Assembly: GCA_035319645.1 (NCBI GenBank)
Contig: DATHCI010000119.1
Location: forward strand, 32,401 to 96,400
Reading direction: 5' to 3'
Source of the DNA: Methylocystis sp.
Lineage (GTDB): Bacteria > Pseudomonadota > Alphaproteobacteria > Rhizobiales > Beijerinckiaceae
Length of the DNA stretch: 64,000 bases
The position numbers and the translations under genes are program-made. This document shows positions 9,549-18,510 of this stretch, in pieces (position 1 is the stretch's first letter; every line of letters starts with the position of its first letter). The notes under the pieces are model-generated. The model worked only from the letters and a program-made list of their open reading frames with translations, searched no databases and was not told the origin of the DNA.

Positions 9549-10214
9549 ATGAGCAAGCCCGTCCGCATAGAAGAAACTTGGCGCCGCCGCCTTTCGGGCG
9601 AGTTCGATGCGGCGTATTTCGCGTCGCTGCGCCTTTTCGTGCATGCGCAATACGCCAGCTGTCGCGTCTACCCGCCTGCGTCGCAGATCTTCAGGGCCTT
9701 CGACGAATGCCCTTTCGAGGCCGTCAAGGTGGTCATCCTCGGCCAGGACCCCTATCATGGGCCCGGCCAGGCCAATGGGCTCTGCTTCGCGGTGAACGCC
9801 GGCGTGCCGGCGCCGCCGTCGCTCGTCAACATCTTCAGGGAGATCGAGGAAGATCTGGGTCATCCGGTCTCGCACGATCCCGACTTGTCGCGCTGGGCGC
9901 GGCAGGGGGTGCTGTTGCTCAATGCGACATTGACGGTGCGCGACGGCGCCGCCGGCTCGCACCAGAACCGGGGCTGGGAACAGTTCACGGACGCCGCCGT
10001 GCGTGCGCTCGATCGCGAACGCCAGGGCCTCGCGTTCATGCTGTGGGGCAATTACGCGCGCCGCAAGGGGGCGGGCATCGACCGCGGGAAGCACCTCGTG
10101 CTGGAAGCTGGCCATCCGTCGCCGCTTTCGGCGACGCGCTTCTTCGGCTGCCGTCATTTCTCGAAAGCCAACGCCTATCTGGAGGCGCAGGGCAAGACTC
10201 CGATCGACTGGTGA
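9549..10214 (+). CDS. ung: Uracil-DNA glycosylase, family 1
   Basis: GQDPYH, PPSL.NI, LLLNATLTV and HPSPLS motifs. Confidence 0.97.
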   Translation: MSKPVRIEETWRRRLSGEFDAAYFASLRLFVHAQYASCRVYPPASQIFRAFDECPFEAVKVVILGQDPYHGPGQANGLCFAVNAGVPAPPSLVNIFREIEEDLGHPVSHDPDLSRWARQGVLLLNATLTVRDGAAGSHQNRGWEQFTDAAVRALDRERQGLAFMLWGNYARRKGAGIDRGKHLVLEAGHPSPLSATRFFGCRHFSKANAYLEAQGKTPIDW

Positions 10215-10233
10215 CGCCGGCAACCGGACGCGA

Positions 10234-10809
10234 CTAACGGCTGATCACCCAGTTTTCGATGCTCACGTCATGCTTGGCGCGTTCCAGGGCGTCGGCCTGC
10301 TCGGAAAGCTGGATGTGCCGGTTTTCGGCGATTTCCGCTTCCTTGCCGTCCAACAGCAGGGCCCTTTTGAGCTGCTGCGTGGCTTGGCGCCCGATCTCGT
10401 TGATCCACTGATCGACGACGAGGATCATCAGCCGCTTGCGCTCGCGTTGCCGCTCCTTGGAGAGATCCTTCTCGTCGGTCGCGAGGGCGATGTCCTCCTT
10501 CGTTGCGGCGATGTCGGCGTCGAGGGACTTGAGCTTCGTTTCCAGCGCCGAGATGTCCTCGGGCTTGCCGTTGGCGCCCTTCGCCGCCTCGAGAGCATCG
10601 GAGGTCTGCTGTTGCGCCTTATCGAGATTTTGGAGGCCGGTCTTGAGCCAATCGGCGGTCATCCTCAGCAGCGTCTCGCGCGCGTTGCCGGTGACGGCGA
10701 GCTCCGCCGGCATCGGGAAATAGGGGCCGAGCTTCTGGACGGCGACCGCGTGCGTCGTGAGCGCGAGCGCCGCCGCCAGCACGAGCGCGAGACGGCTTAC
10801 TGTCGACAT
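10234..10809 (-). CDS. Hypothetical exported alpha-helical/coiled-coil protein
   Basis: Sec signal peptide ending AVA; RBS GGAGGAAA; helical charged composition. Confidence 0.8.
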   Translation of the reverse strand: MSTVSRLALVLAAALALTTHAVAVQKLGPYFPMPAELAVTGNARETLLRMTADWLKTGLQNLDKAQQQTSDALEAAKGANGKPEDISALETKLKSLDADIAATKEDIALATDEKDLSKERQRERKRLMILVVDQWINEIGRQATQQLKRALLLDGKEAEIAENRHIQLSEQADALERAKHDVSIENWVISR

Positions 10810-10995
10810 GGCTTACTTTCCTCCTGCAGCCGGACTCGAGTGCGCCGGCAATTTTGCAGGGAATTTTGTTACATCGTCGCATTTCTGGCAAGCGCGAAAG
10901 GCGCTTCGGAGCCAGGCGTCGTCGTCGCTGTGAGTCTCTTCTATTGGCGCCTCAAATCAGCGCGCCGGATCGCGGGAGGACTCCCCCGGCTCGCC

Positions 10996-11032
10996 AAAAA
11001 AGACGCGCCGCCCGGACCCGCCCGGGCGGCGC
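10996..11032 (-). terminator. Rho-independent terminator after pitA
   Basis: Stem GCGCCGCCCGG/CCGGGCGGCGC with an A6 run on + (U tail on -). Confidence 0.75.
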
Positions 11033-11061
11033 AGATTTCATCGGCCTCGGACAAAGCTCGA

Positions 11062-12705
11062 TTATCCGCCAAATCCGCCAAATCCGCCGAGCAGGTGGTT
11101 CAGCGCGAAGTAGAGGGAGCCGGACAAGAGGATGGCGCAGGGCAGCGTGAGCACCCAGGCCATGATCAGGTTGCGCACCGTCGCCCACTGCAGGCCTGAG
11201 CCATTCGCGGCCATGGCGCCCGCGACGCCCGACGAGAGCACATGCGTCGTCGAGACCGGCAGGCCGAACACGTCGGCGGCTGCGATCGTCGAGGCGGCTA
11301 CGAGCTCGGCGGAGGCTCCCTGCGCATAGGTCAGGTGCTGTTTGCCGATCTTCTCGCCGACGGTCACGACGATGCGCTTCCAGCCGATCATCGTGCCGAG
11401 GCCGAGCGCGATGGCGACGGCGACCTTGACCCAGGTCGGAATGAACTTCGTCGCCTGGTCGATCTGGCTCTTGTAGGTCGAAAGCGTCTGCTTCTCGCCG
11501 TCCGAAAGCTGGGCCTCCTTGTCCTTGGCCAGGAAGCGCAAGGCTTCGGAAGCGAGATAGATGTCGTTGCGGGTGTTTCCGACCGCCGCCGCCGGAATGC
11601 GCGCGATCGCCCCATAGCTCTCGACCTGCTGGGCGATGTCGCGGATCAGCGCCGCCAGAGACGGATAGGTCCCTTCATTGAGCTCATGGCGCGAGACGTA
11701 GGCCGTGACCGCCGGACGCGGATCGCCATGGATGCTGTATCCGGCCGCGTGAGTCTCGACGACCTTGGAGGCCGCGTCGGAGGCGGCGGCAAACTCCGCG
11801 ATATGGCTCGGCGGCAAGGCCCGGTTCAGCGCATAGGCGGTGGGGACCGTGCCGATCAGGATCAGCATGATGAGGCCCATGCCCTTTTGCCCGTCGTTGG
11901 AGCCATGCGCGAAGGACACGCCCGTGCAGGTCAGGATCAGCAGACCGCGGATCCACAACGGCGGCGCCTTCTGGCCCTTGGGCTCCTGGTAAAGCTCGGG
12001 CTGGCGCGCGACCAATTTCAGGGCCAGCAGCAGCAGCGCCGCGCAAACGAAGCCGACGAGAGGCGACAGCAGGAGCGAATAGCCGATCTCGATCGCCTTG
12101 CCCCAGTCGACGCCGGATGTGCCGTCGCGTCCGCGCATCAGCGCATTGGCGATGCCGACGCCGATGATCGAGCCGATGAGCGTATGCGAGCTTGAAGCCG
12201 GCAGCCCCATCCACCAGGTGCCGAGGTTCCAGATGATCGCCGCGATCAACAGGGCGAAGACCATCGCGAAGCCGGCGCTGGAGCCGACCTGCAGGATGAG
12301 CTCGACAGGCAGCAGCGAGACGATGCTGAAAGCCACCGCGCCGCTCGACACCAGAACGCCGAGGAAGTTGAAGAAGCCGGAGTACACGACGGCGACGTTC
12401 GCGGGCAGCGAATGCGTGTAGATGACCGTCGCCACGGCGTTGGCCGTGTCGTGGAAACCGTTGACGAACTCGAAGCCGAGCGCGATCAGCAGCGCCACGC
12501 CGAGCAGGACGAACGGCAGATAGGTCGTGACCGGAACGCCGGTCGCCTGGATGTCGAGAAAGATGCTCCAGGCCGTAAATCCCAGGCCGCAGGCCAGTAT
12601 GGCCAGAAAAATCAGGATCGCGCGAATGTCGATCGCGTGATCGAGTTTGGGCTTAGCCCCGTGATCGTGGCCGACGTCGATGTCGGCGGTGGTTGCGGAC
12701 GTCAT
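11062..12705 (-). CDS. pitA: Inorganic phosphate transporter, PiT family
   Basis: GFHDTANAVAT, GLPASSSH, HGSNDGQK, GLPVSTTH signatures. Confidence 0.95.
   Translation of the reverse strand: MTSATTADIDVGHDHGAKPKLDHAIDIRAILIFLAILACGLGFTAWSIFLDIQATGVPVTTYLPFVLLGVALLIALGFEFVNGFHDTANAVATVIYTHSLPANVAVVYSGFFNFLGVLVSSGAVAFSIVSLLPVELILQVGSSAGFAMVFALLIAAIIWNLGTWWMGLPASSSHTLIGSIIGVGIANALMRGRDGTSGVDWGKAIEIGYSLLLSPLVGFVCAALLLLALKLVARQPELYQEPKGQKAPPLWIRGLLILTCTGVSFAHGSNDGQKGMGLIMLILIGTVPTAYALNRALPPSHIAEFAAASDAASKVVETHAAGYSIHGDPRPAVTAYVSRHELNEGTYPSLAALIRDIAQQVESYGAIARIPAAAVGNTRNDIYLASEALRFLAKDKEAQLSDGEKQTLSTYKSQIDQATKFIPTWVKVAVAIALGLGTMIGWKRIVVTVGEKIGKQHLTYAQGASAELVAASTIAAADVFGLPVSTTHVLSSGVAGAMAANGSGLQWATVRNLIMAWVLTLPCAILLSGSLYFALNHLLGGFGGFGG
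11064..11088. repeat. 9-bp tandem repeat (ATCCGCCAA x2.8) encoding the PitA C-terminal GGFGGFGG
   Basis: Read directly from the sequence. Confidence 0.85.
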
Positions 12706-12746
12706 TAATCCTCCCTTGGAACGCCACGCCTTTCAAGCCGAGCTGC

Positions 12747-12764
12747 TTAACAGCTTCATGACCT
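12747..12764 (-). promoter_or_regulatory. Candidate Pho box upstream of pitA
   Basis: Minus strand AGGTCAT-gaag-CTGTTAA, 11-bp period, about 40 bp from the start codon; degenerate. Confidence 0.35.
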
Positions 12765-12937
12765 TTTTGCGGCACTTTGCAGATTCTCCCTGTCACAGTC
12801 CAGGGACTTTTTTGACGCGACGGGGTCAAATAGCTTCCGTCGCGACCCGCAACGGCGGCGTTGGCGGCCTCACCGTTATGGCTCTTTCAGTCTTTCGAGA
12901 TGGTTTTGCGCGCAGGCCGGCCACGACTTCACGGTCT

Positions 12938-13339
12938 TCAACCGCCGGCGGCGATCTTCTCCCCCGCAGCGCTCGCCAGAAATGCGGATCTCGTAAGGCC
13001 GGCGCGTTTCGCCGCCGCGTCGATCGCGTCAAGCAAGCCTCGATCCAAGGAGATTTTGGCCTTGACCGGCCTCCCGTATTCCTCGACGAGCGGGACCCCC
13101 AAAAACACGCCGCCTTCCGCGAGCGTCGCCAAGACATCCAGGTCGCGCCGCAGCGCCTCGATCGAGTTCGGTTGCCGCAGTTCGCCCTCGGCCCGCATAT
13201 CGTGGACCCATTCGCTCAGCGCCTCAATCGCATAGGCGTAGGCCTCGTTCTAGTCCTTGCCCATCGCCGTGCAGCCGGGACAGTCGGGGAAGAAAACGCC
13301 AAAAGCGCCGGCGACTACGTACGCGGCCCGGCGCCGCCA
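12938..13339 (-). pseudogene. hicB: HicB family antitoxin pseudogene
   Basis: Frame reads ..GAFGVFFPDCPGCTAMGKD*NEAYAYAIEALSEW..ISLDRGLLDAIDAAAKRAGLTRSAFLA (HicB core plus RHH domain). In-frame TAG at 13250-13252, no usable in-frame start for the N-terminus, no hicA. Confidence 0.85.
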
Positions 13340-13358
13340 TCAGCAAAGGAGCAAGCCT

Positions 13359-13832
13359 AAGAAGGTCGATATCGTCGGGCAGGCGCCGCTGACCGTCTAC
13401 GCGAAGCGTTATGAAGGCCCGGTCACGGAGATTGGAACCGTGTGGCGCGCGCTCTGGCGCGCCGTGGTCGAGCGCGGCCTGGCTGAGAAGATCACGCTCG
13501 CCGTCGGCGCGGCGCGCGACGCGCCGGACGCAAACGGAAACATCGCCTATCGCGCCGGCGTCGCGCTTTGCGAGCCGCTGACGAAGACAGGCGATTTCGA
13601 AGTTCTGCAGATCGAGGGCGGACGCTATGCGAGCTATCGCCTCATCGGCCCCTATTCCGGAATCGCCGACGCCTTCCCGCGCCTCTTCGGCGAATGGCTG
13701 CCGGCAAGCGGTTATGAGGCCGACGACCGCTATGTGCTGGAGCTCTACCGCAACAATCCTTACGAAACGCCGGAGTCGGAACTCGTCACGGATTTGCTGA
13801 TGGCGATCCGCGAGCGAGACGCCGAATCATGA
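13359..13832 (+). CDS. GyrI-like small-molecule-binding domain protein; start codon apparently mutated (possible pseudogene)
   Basis: YRAGV, GGRYA....GPY..I...F..LF.EWLP.SGY...D...E.Y.NNP...P...L.TD motifs. RBS AAGGAG at 13346-13351 is followed 7 nt later by AAG instead of ATG. Confidence 0.75.
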   Translation, partial: KKVDIVGQAPLTVYAKRYEGPVTEIGTVWRALWRAVVERGLAEKITLAVGAARDAPDANGNIAYRAGVALCEPLTKTGDFEVLQIEGGRYASYRLIGPYSGIADAFPRLFGEWLPASGYEADDRYVLELYRNNPYETPESELVTDLLMAIRERDAES

Positions 13833-13856
13833 AAAAGGCGGGCCGCGGCCCGCCTT
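13832..13856 (-). terminator. Rho-independent terminator after pnp (possibly bidirectional)
   Basis: AAGGCGGGCC-GC-GGCCCGCCTT inverted repeat with an A5 run, between convergent genes. Confidence 0.75.
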
Positions 13857-13866
13857 CGCTTTGGTT

Positions 13867-16026
13867 TCACACGACCGGCTGCGCCCCGGTTCCGTCGGCC
13901 TTGGCGGTCTTGCCCTCGAGGTCCTCGCCCGTCTTCTGGTCCACGACCCGCATCGACAGCCGCACCTTGCCGCGGTCGTCGAAGCCGAGGAGCTTCACCT
14001 TCACCTTGTCGCCCTCCTTCACCACGTCGGTCGTCTTGGCGACGCGCGTCGCGGCGAGCTGCGAGATGTGCACGAGGCCATCGCGCGAGCCGAAGAAATT
14101 CACGAAGGCGCCGAACTCGGCGGTCTTGACGACTGTCCCCTCGTAGATCTGGCCGACCTCGGGATCGGAGGCGATCGACTTGATCCACTGGATCGCCGCC
14201 TTGATGGAGTTGGCGTCGCTCGAGGCCACCTTCACCGTGCCGTCGTCCTCGATATTGACCTTGGCCCCGGTCTTCTCGACGATCTCGCGGATGACCTTGC
14301 CGCCCGTGCCGATGACCTCGCGGATCTTGTCCGTCGGGATTTTCAGCGTCTCGATGCGCGGCGCGAATTCGCCGAGCTCGGCGCGCGAGGCGCTGATCGC
14401 CTTCGCCATCTCGCCGAGGATATGCAGACGACCGTCGCGCGCCTGCGCCAGCGCGACGCGCATGATTTCCTCGGTGATGCCGGCGATCTTGATGTCCATC
14501 TGCAGCGAGGTCACGCCCTCGGAGGTGCCGGCGACCTTGAAATCCATGTCGCCGAGATGGTCCTCGTCGCCCAAGATGTCGGAGAGAACGGCGAAGCGTT
14601 CGCCTTCCAGGATCAGGCCCATGGCGATGCCTGCGGTCGGGCGCTTGATCGGCACGCCCGCATCCATGAGCGCGAGCGAGGAGCCGCAGACCGTCGCCAT
14701 GGAGGAGGAGCCGTTCGACTCGGTGATCTCGGAGACGACGCGCAACGTGTAAGGGAACTCCGCCGGGGCGGGCAGCATCGGGCGCAGCGCGCGCCAGGCG
14801 AGCTTGCCATGGCCGATCTCGCGGCGCCCGGGCGAGCCGAGGCGTCCCGTCTCGCCGACCGAATAGGGCGGAAAGTTGTAGTGGAGCAGGAAGCGCTCCT
14901 TGTAGGTCCCCTCCAGCGTGTCGACGAACTGCTCGTCCTCGCCGGTGCCCAATGTGGCCACGACGAGCGCCTGCGTCTCGCCGCGCGTGAAGAGCGCCGA
15001 GCCGTGCGTGCGCGGCAGCACGCCGACCTCGGCGACGATCGGGCGCACGGTCTTCACGTCGCGCCCGTCGATGCGCAGGCCCTCGTCCAAAATATTCCAG
15101 CGCACGACCTTGGCCTGCAGACTGTGGAAGGCCTCGTCGATCTGCTCCTTGGCGAACTTGGCCTCGCCGCCTTCCGGCGCGAGCGCCGCGAAAACCTTCG
15201 CCTTCACGGCGTCGACGGCGGCATAGCGCTCCTGCTTGACCGTGAGCTTATAGGCCTCGCGCAGCTCCTTTTCCGCGATCTCGGCGATCGCGGCCGATAC
15301 GGCGTCCGTGTCCGGGGGCGTGAAGTCGCGCGGGTCCTTGGCGGCGCGCTCGGCCAAGCGAATGATCGCGTCGATGACCGGCTGGAAGCCGCGATGGCCG
15401 GTCATGACGGCGTCCAGCATCGTCTCCTCGGAGAGCTCCTTGGCCTCCGACTCGACCATGAGCACGGCTTCGCCGGTGCCGGCGACAACAAGGTCGAGGC
15501 CGGAGTTCTTCATCTCCTCGATCGTCGGATTAAGCTTCAGCGAGCCATTGATGTGGCCGACGCGCGCGGCCCCGATGGGGCCCATGAAGGGCGCGCCCGA
15601 GAGCGTCAGCGCCGCAGAGGCCGCGACCATGGAGAGGATGTCGGGATCGGACTCGAGGTCGTGCGAGAGCACCGTTATGATGACCTGCGTGTCGTTTTTG
15701 TAGCCGTCGGCGAAGAGCGGGCGGATCGGGCGGTCGATCAGGCGGGAGACCAGCGTCTCGCGCTCGGAGGGGCGCCCCTCGCGCTTGAAATAGCCGCCGG
15801 GGATGCGGCCCGCGGCGAAGGCTTTCTCCTGGTAGTTGACGGTGAGCGGGAAGAAGTCTTGGCCCGGTTTTGCGGACTTGGCGGAGACGACGGTCGCGAG
15901 CACGGTGGTCTCGCCCCAGGTCGCGAGCACGGCTCCATCGGCCTGGCGTGCGATCTTGCCCGTCTCCAGGCTGAGCTTGCGACCGCACCAGTCGAGCTCT
16001 TCGCGGTGGATCTCGAACATACTCAT
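13867..16026 (-). CDS. pnp: Polynucleotide phosphorylase
   Basis: [45 protein letters not shown]; KH and S1 domains. Confidence 0.98.
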   Translation of the reverse strand: MSMFEIHREELDWCGRKLSLETGKIARQADGAVLATWGETTVLATVVSAKSAKPGQDFFPLTVNYQEKAFAAGRIPGGYFKREGRPSERETLVSRLIDRPIRPLFADGYKNDTQVIITVLSHDLESDPDILSMVAASAALTLSGAPFMGPIGAARVGHINGSLKLNPTIEEMKNSGLDLVVAGTGEAVLMVESEAKELSEETMLDAVMTGHRGFQPVIDAIIRLAERAAKDPRDFTPPDTDAVSAAIAEIAEKELREAYKLTVKQERYAAVDAVKAKVFAALAPEGGEAKFAKEQIDEAFHSLQAKVVRWNILDEGLRIDGRDVKTVRPIVAEVGVLPRTHGSALFTRGETQALVVATLGTGEDEQFVDTLEGTYKERFLLHYNFPPYSVGETGRLGSPGRREIGHGKLAWRALRPMLPAPAEFPYTLRVVSEITESNGSSSMATVCGSSLALMDAGVPIKRPTAGIAMGLILEGERFAVLSDILGDEDHLGDMDFKVAGTSEGVTSLQMDIKIAGITEEIMRVALAQARDGRLHILGEMAKAISASRAELGEFAPRIETLKIPTDKIREVIGTGGKVIREIVEKTGAKVNIEDDGTVKVASSDANSIKAAIQWIKSIASDPEVGQIYEGTVVKTAEFGAFVNFFGSRDGLVHISQLAATRVAKTTDVVKEGDKVKVKLLGFDDRGKVRLSMRVVDQKTGEDLEGKTAKADGTGAQPVV

Positions 16027-16066
16027 GGCTTTCTCTTATGGCTTGGGGCCGGTGGGTCGCCAGGAG

Positions 16067-16117
16067 CAAGACGGCGGGGCGCTGCGGGACAGAGACGCAG
16101 CGCCCGGCGATCCTGCC
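16067..16117 (-). promoter_or_regulatory. Structured pnp 5' leader hairpin (possible RNase III site)
   Basis: GGGCGCTGCG-N9-CGCAGCGCCC hairpin with extended imperfect base in the rpsO-pnp spacer. Function inferred by analogy with E. coli pnp autoregulation. Confidence 0.45.
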
Positions 16118-16253
16118 CCGGCTTCGGGTAAGGCCCGGGGTGGCGCGTCGGCCCCATGCCGACGCGCAAACGCCTGCGGCGGACCTCGACGCGTCGGGGC
16201 CCGCGGCCGGCGGCGCGAGCTTTCAAGGCTCGCGGACTCTGGTTGTGGCGCAG

Positions 16254-16523
16254 TCAGCGGCGGATGCCGAGTCGCTCGATGAGGCCGCGATAGCGGGGTT
16301 CGTCGCGTGACTTCAGATAATCCAGCAGGCGGCGGCGCTGCGAGACCAGCTTCAACAGGCCGCGGCGCGAGTGGTTGTCCTTGACGTGCGACTTGAAGTG
16401 CTCGGTCAGATTGGCGATGCGCTCGGTGAGGATCGCCACTTGAACCTCGGGCGAGCCCGTGTCGGAGGGCTTGGTCGCATATTCCTTGATGAGCGCCAGC
16501 TTGCGCTCGGCCGTGATCGACAT
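16254..16523 (-). CDS. rpsO: 30S ribosomal protein S15
   Basis: [36 protein letters not shown]. Confidence 0.99.
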   Translation of the reverse strand: MSITAERKLALIKEYATKPSDTGSPEVQVAILTERIANLTEHFKSHVKDNHSRRGLLKLVSQRRRLLDYLKSRDEPRYRGLIERLGIRR

Positions 16524-16553
16524 CGGGACTTCCTCGTTCTGCGTGTTGGGTTA

Positions 16554-16610
16554 CGCCCTCCCCGCGGCCAGGAGCCGGGATGTCGTCCAGCTGGGTCGGA
16601 GGGGAAGGCG
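16554..16610 (-). promoter_or_regulatory. Putative S15 autoregulatory mRNA leader (alphaproteobacterial type)
   Basis: Stem CGCCUUCCCC...GGGGAGGGCG enclosing CCAGCUGGACGACAUCCCGGCUCCUGG, between a GCTATAAG -10-like element and the rpsO RBS. Confidence 0.6.
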
Positions 16611-16762
16611 CGGCGCGCGCCACGCGGCGCCGGCGCGGCTTATAGCACGGCGGCGGCGGTTGGCTATGAGAAATTTTGCTCTTTACGAAGTGGACCGGTT
16701 AGTGGGAGCGCCCGCCCGCATGGCCAGATGCGAGCGCGACGCGCCCACGGGACCCTCAGCGC

Positions 16763-18022
16763 TCACTTGCCGTCACAAGCATAGTCGAACGTTACGCCCG
16801 TCCCGCCGCCCGTGAACGAGACGCCGATGGAGGACAAGGAGTAGGAGTAGCTGAACGGGTTGCCGAGGCTGTGCGGAAACACCCGACAATGGTTGAACGA
16901 ATAGAAGGCGTTCGCGAATTTGACCGTGCAGGATGCGCTGGCGCCGGCGACGAAAACCGTTCCGCTCATGTCGGTCGCGTTTCCGTCGATGAGCGAGCCG
17001 TTCGGGCACTTCACGAGGCTCGGATTGCGCCCGAGCCAATGCAAATGCCACCATGACAGATCCGCCTTGATGAAGTTTCCGATGTTCAGCTTCTCGTTTT
17101 CATTGGGATCGTCTGCGGCGATGTTCAACCCCAGATAAATGTTGTTTGAGCCTCCCGTCAAATTATATCCGCTGTTCAGGCCCAGGCTTATATTATAATT
17201 TCCTGTGACGGCCGATCCCAGCGCCCCGTCGCCGATGGCTACGTTCCCATCTCCCGTCGTGCTGCTATAGAGAGCGCCCGTTCCCACCGCCGTATTGGCG
17301 TTTCCTGTCGTGTTGCTGGCCAAGGCGGTGAAACCGAAGGCTCCATTGGTCCCGCCAGTGGTGTTGGCATATAGAGCGTATGACCCGTCGGCGACGTTGT
17401 TCGATCCCGAAGTTACAGAGAAGAGCGAATAGAATCCAGACGAGGTGTTGTCGTCGCCGGAGCTGGTGCAGCCGTCGCCGTACTGCGCGTACATTCCCAA
17501 TGCGGTGTTGTTTTGGCCAGTCGAATTGTTGGTGAGGGCCAGCTGCCCGATCGACGTATTGTTGCCGGCCGTCGTTTCACACGCTTGCGCGCCTTGGCCC
17601 ACTGCGGTGTTGCTGCCGCCGGTCGTCAGGGCGAAAAGGACCGAAGACCCGACGCCTACGTTGTTGGACGCGCTCACGGAATTGGTGACGCCTGCGCCGA
17701 TGCCGATCCAAGTGTTGCTGTTCTGGAGCAGCGGCCCATTATACCATCCATTTGTGTTTTGCTGCCCTATCATCACGCTGCTTGTCGTGTCGTCCATCAC
17801 GAAAACGGGGCTTTGGGCCATCGCAGAGACCGGGCCCGACAGGCTGAGAACAGACACGAGAACGATTCTCGGTGACCGAATGGACAATGGAAGCGATAGG
17901 CCGCGCCCCGCGCCTCTTCGAGCGGGCCAGGCGACTGGCGGCTGGATGCTCTGGGTCGAAGCGAGGCCGAGGCTCGCGTCGCGGTGAAGGGTCTGGTTGG
18001 TCTTCTGACGTGCAAATCTCAT
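16763..18022 (-). CDS. Exported beta-solenoid repeat protein (adhesin/tail-fibre-like)
   Basis: About 11 copies of a 17-aa repeat xxN[TV]A[VIL]GxxALxxxTTG; RBS GAGGA; Cys-containing C-terminal beta domain; visibly AT-richer codons. Confidence 0.8.
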   Translation of the reverse strand: MRFARQKTNQTLHRDASLGLASTQSIQPPVAWPARRGAGRGLSLPLSIRSPRIVLVSVLSLSGPVSAMAQSPVFVMDDTTSSVMIGQQNTNGWYNGPLLQNSNTWIGIGAGVTNSVSASNNVGVGSSVLFALTTGGSNTAVGQGAQACETTAGNNTSIGQLALTNNSTGQNNTALGMYAQYGDGCTSSGDDNTSSGFYSLFSVTSGSNNVADGSYALYANTTGGTNGAFGFTALASNTTGNANTAVGTGALYSSTTGDGNVAIGDGALGSAVTGNYNISLGLNSGYNLTGGSNNIYLGLNIAADDPNENEKLNIGNFIKADLSWWHLHWLGRNPSLVKCPNGSLIDGNATDMSGTVFVAGASASCTVKFANAFYSFNHCRVFPHSLGNPFSYSYSLSSIGVSFTGGGTGVTFDYACDGK

Positions 18023-18240
18023 GTCGTCCTCGCGGCAAGCTGAACTGAACGCACATCGCGCACGGCCTTGCGTAGCGCCGCCGAAAGGCTAAGCGACCAA
18101 GCTGCAAGGCGAGCGCCGACTATCTCAACGGCCGAGAACGGTTTTGAAAAGCACATCAAGCGGAACAGCCTGGACTGTTCCCTCCGCCGAGCCCCCGAAC
18201 GACCCCCGTCGTTGAAGATCAAAATTTCGTCAAATTCGAT

Positions 18241-18300
18241 GTTTTAAGCAAGCATAAACCATAAACATCGTTAATATTAAGAATTGATGTTTACGTATAC
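18241..18300 (-). promoter_or_regulatory. AT-rich promoter with CtrA-like sites
   Basis: TTAA-gcaagca-TAAAC (N7 spacing, one mismatch), GTTAATATTAAG and CATAAAC x2. Confidence 0.45.
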
Positions 18301-18510
18301 TTGCCTTGAGCTCCTTTTGTTAAGTCGATCTGCTACAGCAAGGGCGAGGCGCGCGCATGCTGTGCTGACGCGATCGAGAAACGCCGCTGCTTCGGCGCGG
18401 CAAAGGCCGCGGTGTCTGCGGCGCGCCAGCTCTCGCCGCCTCCTCCCGTCCATCGTCTCGCCCTGAATTCGCCGCGCCGTGACGGCAAGGCGAGCAAAGA
18501 GGGCGGACTC

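Noticed and set aside
13250-13252. TAG in hicB as pyrrolysine or programmed read-through
   Set aside because: No pyl genes seen and the N-terminus is also damaged; pseudogenisation is simpler.
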